A stretch of 40,140 bases of DNA, taken from positions 1 to 40,140 of the forward strand of contig JAYWGM010000018.1 in NCBI GenBank assembly GCA_043778225.1. The letters are read 5' to 3'. Below, one piece after another: positions 27,952 to 36,486 of this stretch; positions within the stretch are counted from its first letter, which is position 1; each line of letters starts with the position of its first letter. The notes beneath the pieces were generated by a model that worked only from the letters and a program-made list of their open reading frames with translations, was not told the origin of the DNA and searched no databases. This DNA comes from Deinococcales bacterium. GTDB taxonomy: Bacteria > Deinococcota > Deinococci > Deinococcales > JAAFIG01. A program made the position numbers and the translations under genes.

Positions 27952-28971
27952 ATGACCATTTATCGGCGTTTGGGTAATTCTGGCTTGCGGGTTTTTCCTT
28001 TGGGGCTTGGCACAATGCAGTTTGGCTGGACCGCCGACGAGGCGGGTTCATTTGAAATCATGGATGCCTATTTTGCGGCTGGAGGCAACTTTATAGACAC
28101 CGCCGACATCTACAGTTCTTGGGCAGCCAATAATGCAGGCGGGGTCAGTGAAGAGATTATTGGGCGTTGGCTTAAAGCCCGTGGCAACCGCGAGCAGATG
28201 GTGATTGCCACCAAAGTGCGCGGCGCAATGGGGCAGAATTTTTCGATGGGGCGCAACACCATCCATCAGCGCGAAGGACTCTCGAGAGGCTGGATTCTCA
28301 AAGCCTGTGAAGACAGCCTCAAGCGCTTACAGACCGATTATATTGATTTATACCAAGTCCATTGGGTGGACACCGAAACCCCAATCGAAGAAACCCTTGC
28401 AGCATTATCGGATTTGGTCAAAAAAGGCTATGTTCGTTACCTCGGATGCAGTAATTTTGGGGCTTGGCGCTTGATGCAAGCCCTGTGGGCTTCGGATAAA
28501 CACGGCTTTGAAAAATTCGTCAGCATTCAGCCCGAGTACAGTTTGGTACAACCAACTCGAAGCAATTTTGAGCGCGAACTGGCTAAGGTTTGCCTCGAGT
28601 ACGGCATTGGGGTAATTCCATACAGCCCATTAGCTGCCGGATTCTTGACCGGTAAATACCGCCGTGGGCAACCATTGCCAGAAAGTGTACGGGCTGGCGG
28701 AATTGGCGCAAATCAAATGAACCAACAAAACTTAGATACGGTCGAAAAGCTGGTCGAGATTGCCGCCGCCAACCAGACATCAGTCACTCGAGTGACCTTA
28801 GCTTGGATGCTGGCACAGCCATTTATGACCGCGCCAATTATTGGCGCAAACAATACCACCCAACTGGCAGATTCGCTGGGAGCAACCGAAATTACCCTCA
28901 GCCCAGAGCAACTCAAAGCAATTTCTACAGTGTCTGATTGGACTCGCGCCAGAACCGACCTCGAGAATTAA
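27952..28971 (+). CDS. Aldo/keto reductase
   Basis: [53 protein letters not shown]. Confidence 0.93.
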   Translation: MTIYRRLGNSGLRVFPLGLGTMQFGWTADEAGSFEIMDAYFAAGGNFIDTADIYSSWAANNAGGVSEEIIGRWLKARGNREQMVIATKVRGAMGQNFSMGRNTIHQREGLSRGWILKACEDSLKRLQTDYIDLYQVHWVDTETPIEETLAALSDLVKKGYVRYLGCSNFGAWRLMQALWASDKHGFEKFVSIQPEYSLVQPTRSNFERELAKVCLEYGIGVIPYSPLAAGFLTGKYRRGQPLPESVRAGGIGANQMNQQNLDTVEKLVEIAAANQTSVTRVTLAWMLAQPFMTAPIIGANNTTQLADSLGATEITLSPEQLKAISTVSDWTRARTDLEN

Positions 28972-28972
28972 G

Positions 28973-30244
28973 GTGACTTTACAACTCTCGCCCAGCAATA
29001 AAAAACTAGCTGATATTCTGCTGGAACATCGTCTTTTAGATACAAACCAATTGGGGCTGATTCTCGAGCAGCACAGTCTGATTGGTGGGCGTTTAGCCGA
29101 TTTTTTGATGGACGCTGCGATTGTTCCAGAAGCCCGTTTATTGCTTTTGTTTGAACGTCTGTATGGCTATCCAATCGCTGGTTTTTCGATGCTCGAGCAT
29201 ATAGATTATACGGTCAGCCATGTTATTTCCGCCAATTTAGCCCAATTGCAAATGGTGATTCCTTTCTCGATTCAAGGGCAAGAAATCCATCTGGCATTTC
29301 TCGAGCCTCCAGACCTCGAAGATGTAGTACAGATGAAAGGTTTGGCGGCTTACACGCCAAAAATTTATCTTGCTCCACGCGATATGATTCAGTGGGCGCT
29401 GGCAACCCATTACCCAGAATTGTATTTGGACACGCCCAAGACCCCACACGACCCGCTCGAGAATCGCATCGGACATCGTTTAATTGCCGAAGGGCTGCTG
29501 ACCAAGCAGCAACTCGAGGAGGCATTGCTCGAGCGCACCCCCGGTAAAGCCGGACGGACTGGCGAGTTATTGTTGCGGATGGGCTATATCGCCGAAGATG
29601 ATTTTTACCGTTCCTTGGCAGCCCAAACGAAAATCCCGTTTGTCAAAATTCCACACGAGTACCAGATTCCAAAAACAGTCGCAGCCCTCTTTACTCGAGC
29701 CGATGCCGCCCGTTGGCACAGCCTTCCCGTTTTTGAGGATTCATTCAGCATCACAATCATTACCAGCGAGCCAAGTATTTTAGCCGAACTTCAGCCGATT
29801 TTTGAGCGCAGTATTACCTTAATGCTCTCGACCCCAAGTCAGATTAAAATGCTAACCCAACAACTCGAAAGTCAAGACGAGCCTTTAACGCGCCTACTTT
29901 GGCAGCAAGGAAAACTCAGGCTCGAGCAACGCGCCAAAGCTGGCTTATATGCCAAAGAAAATAGCTTAGAAATTGGCGCAGCCCTTTTGATACTTGGCTA
30001 CATCAGCCAAAAAAGCCTGCAAGAAACGCTGGCTGCCCTACCCGACGAGCAGGTCATCCCAACCGAGCAACCGTGGGAGATGTCGTTTTTTGGTGGCACA
30101 CGACTCGAGGAAGCCATCAAACCCAAGCCTGAAAGCCCAGAATTGCTCGAGTCCAAAACGGCTACCTTGAGCCAACCACTCGAAGCCGCCATTCGAGCTT
30201 TAATCCGCCAAGAACTCGAGCAATTCAAAAAGCAATTGCGATAA
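28973..30244 (+). CDS. Multi-MshEN/GSPII_N domain protein without ATPase
   Basis: RIGHRLIAEGLLTKQQLEEAL, RTGELLLRMGYI..DDFYRSLAAQ and further degenerate copies; no Walker A. Start probably GTG 28973. Confidence 0.7.
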   Translation: MTLQLSPSNKKLADILLEHRLLDTNQLGLILEQHSLIGGRLADFLMDAAIVPEARLLLLFERLYGYPIAGFSMLEHIDYTVSHVISANLAQLQMVIPFSIQGQEIHLAFLEPPDLEDVVQMKGLAAYTPKIYLAPRDMIQWALATHYPELYLDTPKTPHDPLENRIGHRLIAEGLLTKQQLEEALLERTPGKAGRTGELLLRMGYIAEDDFYRSLAAQTKIPFVKIPHEYQIPKTVAALFTRADAARWHSLPVFEDSFSITIITSEPSILAELQPIFERSITLMLSTPSQIKMLTQQLESQDEPLTRLLWQQGKLRLEQRAKAGLYAKENSLEIGAALLILGYISQKSLQETLAALPDEQVIPTEQPWEMSFFGGTRLEEAIKPKPESPELLESKTATLSQPLEAAIRALIRQELEQFKKQLR

Positions 30245-30353
30245 CTTGACTGTTTGGGTTACAATCTATTTGTTCGTTGGTCAACAATAATTTTCTCGAG
30301 GCGTGAAAAGTGCCTCGACCTTTTATTTTTCCAACGGCACAAGGAGGGATTGC

Positions 30354-31865
30354 ATGAGTCAAGCAAACGACCAGCAGCAAATCGCCGAGGATACCCAAGT
30401 CCTGCACAGCATGGGTTATGCCCAAGAACTCGCCCGTCGGATGAAGAGTTTTAGTAATTTTGCGATTGCCTTTTCGATTATCTGCATTTTGTCGGGTGGC
30501 ATCAACTCGCTCGGACAAGCCATTGGTGGGGCTGGTGGGGCTGCCATCGGCATTGGCTGGCCCATCGGTGTCGGCATTAGCTTTTTGTTTGCCTTGGGCA
30601 TGGCGCAAATCGCCAGTGCTTACCCGACGGCTGGCGGGTTATACCACTGGAGCAGCATTCTTGGTGGGCGAGGTTGGGGCTGGGCAACAGGCTGGCTTAA
30701 TCTGTTGGGTTTGGTGACGGTGCTGGGCGCGATTAACGTTGGCACATTCTTCTTTTTTATTGGAGCATTTGGCACGACCCTAGGACTCGAGGGTAATTTA
30801 ACCACCCAAATTATTTTCCTGATGATTCTGACCAGTATTCAAGCAGCAGTCAATCATTTTGGGATTCGTTTAACCACGATGCTGACCGATTTTTCGGGCT
30901 ACCTGATTTTTGTGGTGGCGATAGCCTTAACCTTAGCCCTGATTATTTATGCCCCAACTCGAGATTTTGCACGGCTTTTTACCTTTACCAATTATTCTGG
31001 TGAGGCTGGCGGCAGTGTCTGGCCCAGCACCGATTTAACCACGGTTTTCTTACTTGGTTTACTGCTGCCGATTTACACGATTACTGGCTACGACGCTTGC
31101 GCTCATGTTTCCGAAGAAACCGTCAATGCCCAGCGAAGTGTCCCCAAAAGCATCATCTCGAGTACCTTATGGTCTGGTTTATTTGGTTACATCATGCTCT
31201 GTGCTTTTGTGCTGGCAATTCCAGACATGAATGAAGCCGCCAAGACTGGCTTTGGGGTCTTTTTTTATGTGATGGATAAAATTGTGCCAAGTGGCGTGCG
31301 CGAAGTCTTGTACGTCGGCATTTTCCTCTCGCAGTTTCTATGCGGACTTGCAACCGTCACCAGCGCCTCGAGAATGATTTTTGCCTTTGCTCGAGATGGC
31401 GGCTTCCCAAGTTTCTTAAAAGTGATTAACAAGACCTACCGCACCCCAGTAGCCGCAATTTGGGTGGCGGGCATGATCAGCATTTTGTTTACGCTCTATG
31501 CGCCTGTCTACACCACGATTGTGACCATCTGTGTGATTTTTTTGTTTCTAAGTTATGCCATGCCAATTGCGGCTGGCTTTATGGCTTACGGCAAAACTTG
31601 GACAAAAATGGGTCCTTGGGACATGGGTCCAAGTTTTAAGATTGTGGCGATTGCTGTGGTGGCAGCCATTATCTTTATCTTTGGCATTGGCATACAACCG
31701 CCCAACGACAAAGCCCTCTGGGTGACACTGGGAATGTTTGCACTGTTGATTGCCGCATGGTTTGGACTCGAGAAAAACCGCTTCACAGGACCACCAACTG
31801 GCGAGGATATTGCTAAACGTCAAGCCGCGATTAAAGCTGCCGAAAAAGCCATTGGGAACGACTAA
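30354..31865 (+). CDS. APC-family amino acid/amine permease
   Basis: MGYAQELARRM..FSNFA, SAYPTAGGLYHW, TGYDACAHVSEET, FARDGGFP; AAGGAGG RBS. Confidence 0.9.
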   Translation: MSQANDQQQIAEDTQVLHSMGYAQELARRMKSFSNFAIAFSIICILSGGINSLGQAIGGAGGAAIGIGWPIGVGISFLFALGMAQIASAYPTAGGLYHWSSILGGRGWGWATGWLNLLGLVTVLGAINVGTFFFFIGAFGTTLGLEGNLTTQIIFLMILTSIQAAVNHFGIRLTTMLTDFSGYLIFVVAIALTLALIIYAPTRDFARLFTFTNYSGEAGGSVWPSTDLTTVFLLGLLLPIYTITGYDACAHVSEETVNAQRSVPKSIISSTLWSGLFGYIMLCAFVLAIPDMNEAAKTGFGVFFYVMDKIVPSGVREVLYVGIFLSQFLCGLATVTSASRMIFAFARDGGFPSFLKVINKTYRTPVAAIWVAGMISILFTLYAPVYTTIVTICVIFLFLSYAMPIAAGFMAYGKTWTKMGPWDMGPSFKIVAIAVVAAIIFIFGIGIQPPNDKALWVTLGMFALLIAAWFGLEKNRFTGPPTGEDIAKRQAAIKAAEKAIGND

Positions 31866-31878
31866 AATTATTCTGCTC

Positions 31879-31901
31879 GAGCAGGGCGTACAGCCCTGCT
31901 C
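31879..31901. repeat. Intercistronic hairpin between two CTCGAG sites
   Basis: GAGCAGGGC-GTACA-GCCCTGCTC; CTCGAG at 31876 (overlapping the left arm) and 31906. Confidence 0.7.
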
Positions 31902-31918
31902 TTGTCTCGAGGACTATC

Positions 31919-33250
31919 ATGATTTCAATCACCGAACTACAAAACCTTGTCTCGAGTGGCGCAATTGACACGATTATTATTGCCATGACCGATATGCAGG
32001 GGCGTTTAATGGGCAAGCACGTGACTGCCGAGTTTTTTCTCGAGGAAGTTGTTCCAAACGGCGCAGAGGGTTGTAATTACCTATTAGCAGTGGACACCGA
32101 AATGCGAACCGTAGATGGGTATGCGCTCTCGAGTTGGGGAACGGGGTATGGCGATTTTGTGATGAAACCCGACTTGCAAACCTTGCGAATCGCGCCATGG
32201 CTCGAGAAAACCGCGATGGTACAAGTGGATTTAGAAAGTCATGACCACTCGCCGGTCTTGGTCAGTCCAAGACAAATTCTTAAACGCCAATTGGCACGGC
32301 TCGAGCAACGGGGACTTATGGCGCTGGCAGCCACTGAACTCGAGTTTATTTTGTTCAAAGATTCTTATGAAAGTGCCTGGAAAAAAGCCTACCGCGACCT
32401 CGAGCCTTTTAATTATTACAATGTGGATTACAGCATCCTTGGTACATCCAGAGCCGAACCTGTGATTGGACAAATACGGCGACAAATGACAACGGCTGGT
32501 TTGGTGGTCGAGAATTCTAAAGGCGAATGCAATTTTGGTCAGCACGAAGTCAATTTTAAGTATAAAGATGCGCTGTCCACCGCCGATGACCATGTGGTTT
32601 ATAAAACAGGGGCAAAAGAAATTGCCAGCCGCATGGGGCATTCCCTGACCTTTATGGCGAAATTTAACGAGCGTGAGGGCAGCAGTTGCCATATTCATTT
32701 TAGTCTGCGCCAAAAAGATGGCACACCGATTTTTAAGACCGACCCCTCGAGCTTTGAGTCTTTTTTGGCAGGACAATTGGCATATTTGCGCGAACTGACG
32801 CTATTCTATGCACCAAACATCAACAGTTACAAACGCTATGCCGTAGGCAGTTTTGCCCCGACTGCCGTGGCATGGGGGCGCGACAACCGCACTTGTGGAA
32901 TACGAGTCGTGGGGTCTGGTAGCTCCTTACGGCTCGAGAATCGTGTACCCGGGGCAGATGTCAATCCGTACCTCGCACTGGCTGCGATGATTGCGGCTGG
33001 GCTGCACGGCATGGACAATAAATTGCCACTCGAGCCAGAATTTAAGGGCAATGCTTACACCAGCGATAAACCTCGAGTACCACGCAATATGCACCTGGCT
33101 CGAGAACTGTTTGCAAGCTCGAGCCTTGCCAAAGAAGCCTTTGGCGAAGTGGTTGTGGCGCATTACTTAAATTATGCCGATGTTGAACTGGAGGCTTTTG
33201 ATGCTGCCGTGACCGACTGGGAGCGATTTCGCGGCTTCGAGCGGTTATAA
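31919..33250 (+). CDS. Glutamine synthetase-like gamma-glutamyl ligase (GlnA4/PuuA-like)
   Basis: DMQGRLMGK, ELEF, GECNFGQHE, GSSCHIH, RLENRVPGADVNPY; GSFAP in place of the GS flap PGYEAP. Confidence 0.85.
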   Translation: MISITELQNLVSSGAIDTIIIAMTDMQGRLMGKHVTAEFFLEEVVPNGAEGCNYLLAVDTEMRTVDGYALSSWGTGYGDFVMKPDLQTLRIAPWLEKTAMVQVDLESHDHSPVLVSPRQILKRQLARLEQRGLMALAATELEFILFKDSYESAWKKAYRDLEPFNYYNVDYSILGTSRAEPVIGQIRRQMTTAGLVVENSKGECNFGQHEVNFKYKDALSTADDHVVYKTGAKEIASRMGHSLTFMAKFNEREGSSCHIHFSLRQKDGTPIFKTDPSSFESFLAGQLAYLRELTLFYAPNINSYKRYAVGSFAPTAVAWGRDNRTCGIRVVGSGSSLRLENRVPGADVNPYLALAAMIAAGLHGMDNKLPLEPEFKGNAYTSDKPRVPRNMHLARELFASSSLAKEAFGEVVVAHYLNYADVELEAFDAAVTDWERFRGFERL

Positions 33251-33251
33251 A

Positions 33252-33549
33252 ATGAATGTTATCGGACCAAAAAAAGTTTATTTATCCAGATTCAGAAATT
33301 GTCCTGCGTGAATGGTATAATGCCCTACGAGCAACGGATTTCCCAAACTTCTCGGCAATACGAAATTCTTTTTCAGGCGTAGATTTAACCCATAATCAAA
33401 TTAACGATTCTGTTCATATTTTTGATGTTGGTGGAAACAAGTACCGAGTTGTCTGCTTCATCAATTACAACAACCAAACGACATACATAAAATATATCTT
33501 TACCCACAAAGAATATGACCGTTGGAATCAATTAGGAAAACCAGCATGA
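33252..33549 (+). pseudogene. higB: HigB-family toxin with an apparent 5' frameshift/deletion (alternative intact ORF from ATG 33256)
   Basis: YPDSE..LREWY...FDVGGNKYRVV..I.Y....YIKYIFTHKEYDR. The typical N-terminus MNVIGPKK is in a different frame (ATG 33252), switching at an A7G run. Confidence 0.65.
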
Positions 33550-33770
33550 TTGAATATCAAAACACAGTTAATCAATGGCAAGATTTAAGCCAACAGCTTC
33601 GTGAACCACAAACAGAAGCAGAGTACGATAATTTACTCGAGTTCACAGACCGACTCTCAAGCGAATACAGCATCGAACGTGAGCCAATGAAAGGGTTATT
33701 TTGGTTACTAAACACATATCTAAATGCTTGGGAGCAAAAAAATGACCCTTGGACTACTCAAAAAACATAG
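33546..33770 (+). CDS. HigA-like antitoxin N-terminal domain lacking the HTH
   Basis: PQTEAEYDNLLEF.D.L...L..LL..YL.AWE; ATGA overlap with higB; only 74 aa. Confidence 0.6.
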   Translation: MIEYQNTVNQWQDLSQQLREPQTEAEYDNLLEFTDRLSSEYSIEREPMKGLFWLLNTYLNAWEQKNDPWTTQKT

Positions 33771-34116
33771 AGCAATAAGTCTATTTTGGATTTCTTTTTT
33801 TGGATTTATACTCGTCGTTCTGTTCTGGTTTGTTTTGTATTCAAGAATGCTTGAGCGTCAGGAAGGAAATTTAACGGTTTTTGTACCAGCGATTATAAAA
33901 TTACTCGAGAATCCAAATCAAACTGTTGCCTTAGATAACCAGTCAGGACGCTTTTTGGCTCGAGGCAATCCAACGGATTTGAAACTGGTGCTTGCTACGA
34001 AAGGATGGATTTTAACAGACCAAATGGGAAGCTCAATGAAATTTCGTTTCAACGACAAAGAATTTTCAATAGTGTGTCGGCAATTCACGGCACAATTTAT
34101 TATGTGTCAACCTTAA
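33742..34116 (+). CDS. Hypothetical single-pass membrane protein
   Basis: GGAG RBS before ATG 33742; one N-terminal TM helix; AT-rich like the TA genes. Confidence 0.55.
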   Translation: MTLGLLKKHRAISLFWISFFGFILVVLFWFVLYSRMLERQEGNLTVFVPAIIKLLENPNQTVALDNQSGRFLARGNPTDLKLVLATKGWILTDQMGSSMKFRFNDKEFSIVCRQFTAQFIMCQP

Positions 34117-34126
34117 AGGAGTATTC

Positions 34127-34900
34127 ATGCGTCTCGAGAATAAAGTGGCTTTAATTACAGGCGGTGGCAGTGGCATCGGCAAAGAATCAGCCTTGCTATT
34201 TGCTGCCGAAGGTGCAAGTGTGGTCGTGGTGGACTTGAACCAAGCGGCTGGTCAAGCCGTGGTCTCGAGTATCGTCGCGGCTGGTGGGCAAGCCGTGTTT
34301 GCCAAAGCCGATGTTTCTAAAGCTGCCGATTGCAAAAACATGGTGCAGGTTGCCGAGGATAGTTTTGGTAAACTGGACGTTATTTTTAATAACGCTGGTA
34401 TCTCTCATGCGGACGACGACAACGCCATGAACACCGAAGAAGATGTTTGGGATTTGACTTTTGCGATCAATGTTAAGGGTGTTTTCTTAGGCTGTAAATA
34501 CGCCATTCCCGCCATGCTTAGGGCTGGTAGCGGCAGCATCATCAACACCGCTTCGTTTGTAGCGGTACTTGGCGCTGCCACGCCGCAACTTGCCTATACC
34601 TCGAGCAAAGGCGCGGTTTTAAGCATGACTCGAGAACTGGCTGCGATTCATGCCCGTCAAGGGATTCGGGTCAATGCCTTGTGTCCAGGTCCACTCCGCA
34701 CTGAACTGCTGATGAAATATCTCGACACCGAGGAAAAACGCCAACGCCGTCTGGTGCATATTCCAATGGGGCGTTTTGGCGAAGCCCAAGAAATGGCAAA
34801 AGCCGCCTTGTGGTTGGCTTCGGATGACTCGAGTTTTACCACAGGCGCGACCTTCCTCGCCGATGGCGGAATCACCAGCGCTTACACCACACCGCTTTGA
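34127..34900 (+). CDS. Short-chain dehydrogenase/reductase
   Basis: TGGGSGIG, FNNAG, YTSSK, NALCPGP; AAGGAG RBS. Confidence 0.93.
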   Translation: MRLENKVALITGGGSGIGKESALLFAAEGASVVVVDLNQAAGQAVVSSIVAAGGQAVFAKADVSKAADCKNMVQVAEDSFGKLDVIFNNAGISHADDDNAMNTEEDVWDLTFAINVKGVFLGCKYAIPAMLRAGSGSIINTASFVAVLGAATPQLAYTSSKGAVLSMTRELAAIHARQGIRVNALCPGPLRTELLMKYLDTEEKRQRRLVHIPMGRFGEAQEMAKAALWLASDDSSFTTGATFLADGGITSAYTTPL

Positions 34901-34901
34901 G

Positions 34902-34960
34902 AAGGTCAAAAGGGAAAATCTTTAACCTTTTGACCTTTTGACCCTTTCACCTTGCTTTTT
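34902..34960. terminator. Hairpin plus octamer tandem repeat between convergent genes
   Basis: AAGGTCAAAAGG (34902-34913) / CCTTTTGACCTT (34926-34937); CTTTTGAC-type units in tandem. Confidence 0.6.
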
Positions 34961-36118
34961 TCACCCTGCCAGTAGTTGGTACGCGCCTAGCAACGTCTGC
35001 GGTGCGTCACTCGAGGCTCGGACTTTGATGCGGTGCGGGTTGGGTGCAAGTAAGTGGGTACTGTCGGTGAATGGGTCGCTGTGAATGCCCAATGCACCCA
35101 GCCGCCGCATGGCGTGGGCGGCAATTGGTGTACCACAAAGCAGCAAATGCTCAAAGCATTTGTTACTCGAGAGTTGGGCGATGGTTTCAGATAGGGCTTC
35201 AAGCGCGGTGCGCTTGGCAAGAGCGGCTGGGAGACCAAAACCAGTTGACTCGAGGTGCAAGACACAACCGCCAATTTTTAAGGCAATTCTGGCTTCTTCG
35301 ATGGCTCGAGCCATGCCATGTTCGCTTGGCTCAAAAGAAACAATCTTTAATCCACTGGCACGGAGGGTTTTGAGTTGTTCAAAGTGGTGCGGACTGCTAC
35401 CAAGCGCCAGTAAAGTGGGCGCAATGGCATCCACATTCTCGAGTTCGTCTGGTTGGCTAACTGCAAAAGCTGCGCCAATGGCTCTGGCAAGGTTGGCGCT
35501 GCCCGCCCATAAAACCTCTTCGGGATTTGGCACACTCGCCACTAAATTCTCGGCATCGCCGCGATTGCCGCCATCCACAATCACAAAACGGGCATTCTCG
35601 AGCGCAGTTTCGAGGTTGCTTGGCGTAATGTCGCGCACCAATGCAACCGCACCCAAACCTTCACGCTCGAGCAGTTCGGGGATATTGGCATCGTAAACTG
35701 GATTCAAGCGGTCACGAGCCAAAGTCGTGCGATGAAGCGGCGAACCATGCCAAAAAACCGTACCATGGCGCACTTCAAAACCCTCAAGTGGGCTAAAAGC
35801 TGCCAAAATCACTTTATCGCGCCCACTGGCTTCGAGTGTGGCAAATAAATCATCCCACGGGCGGCGAAGACTCGAGTCAAACTTAAAAAAAGCAATTTGG
35901 CTATGGCGCAAGTTACGTCCCAGATTTTGCAGCCGTGTTCTCGAGTCGAGCTTTGAAAGACCGTGCAGGTCAGCATCCAAGACCAGCGCACTGCTTGGCT
36001 CGAGTTGCTGGCTGTTGTGTTCGTGCAGTAGCACGGTGGTTTCGTGACCCGCCCGAGCAAAAGCGCTGGCGAGCCGCGTGGCATCGACAATTGAATCGGC
36101 AAGCGCAGCGAACTTCAT
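34961..36118 (-). CDS. Four-carbon acid sugar kinase family (DUF1537) protein, degenerate
   Basis: LADSIVDA, FFKFDSSLR, AAFSP..G..V..G, WAGSANLA align with family motifs IADDLTGA, YKKIDSTLRG, PAFP..GR, GSAGLA. Confidence 0.62.
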   Translation of the reverse strand: MKFAALADSIVDATRLASAFARAGHETTVLLHEHNSQQLEPSSALVLDADLHGLSKLDSRTRLQNLGRNLRHSQIAFFKFDSSLRRPWDDLFATLEASGRDKVILAAFSPLEGFEVRHGTVFWHGSPLHRTTLARDRLNPVYDANIPELLEREGLGAVALVRDITPSNLETALENARFVIVDGGNRGDAENLVASVPNPEEVLWAGSANLARAIGAAFAVSQPDELENVDAIAPTLLALGSSPHHFEQLKTLRASGLKIVSFEPSEHGMARAIEEARIALKIGGCVLHLESTGFGLPAALAKRTALEALSETIAQLSSNKCFEHLLLCGTPIAAHAMRRLGALGIHSDPFTDSTHLLAPNPHRIKVRASSDAPQTLLGAYQLLAG

Positions 36119-36445
36119 GTCAAATTTTACGTCATGGGATTGTCAAATGCTAGTGAATGAACAAAGGCTTTTTAATACAAATTCCAATGTTTCGCAAAAT
36201 TGTTTGTCAAACATATAAATACCCACTTTATCAAAATTCAGTACCTAAACTATATCGGCTATCTATTTGCTAGACACACTCGAGCCAATGACATAAGGAT
36301 TGCGATTTGATTCTACTTCTAAATCTTGTACCTTGGGAGCGTTAGGCATTTTGCGCTTCTCGAGCCTTATGCTTTTGCCCAGTTTTCTCGAGTATTTGCT
36401 TTTTTACTCAAGCCTAGGCGGCTTGCTTCTTGAGTCAACCCCGAC

Positions 36446-36480
36446 TTGTGACGCTTTTTGTGACGCTTAGCCTTTAGACT
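36446..36480 (+). promoter_or_regulatory. Direct-repeat operator candidate plus -10 of a leaderless promoter
   Basis: TTGTGACGCTT at 36446 and 36458; TAGACT 36475-36480, 6 nt before ATG 36487. Confidence 0.55.
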
Positions 36481-36486
36481 GACTCC

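Noticed and set aside
28841..28972. N-terminal extensions in the ORF track (also 252, 3787, 3904, 20518, 22075, 30303, 33522)
   Set aside because: They overlap upstream genes or promoters; better starts have an RBS, a leaderless -10 or stop/start coupling.
35085..35696. Long antisense or alternative-frame ORFs (for example 35085-35696, 39054-39680, 21850-22386, 9821-10348, 32231-32776)
   Set aside because: They overlap well-supported genes on the other strand or frame and lack recognisable motifs or initiation signals.
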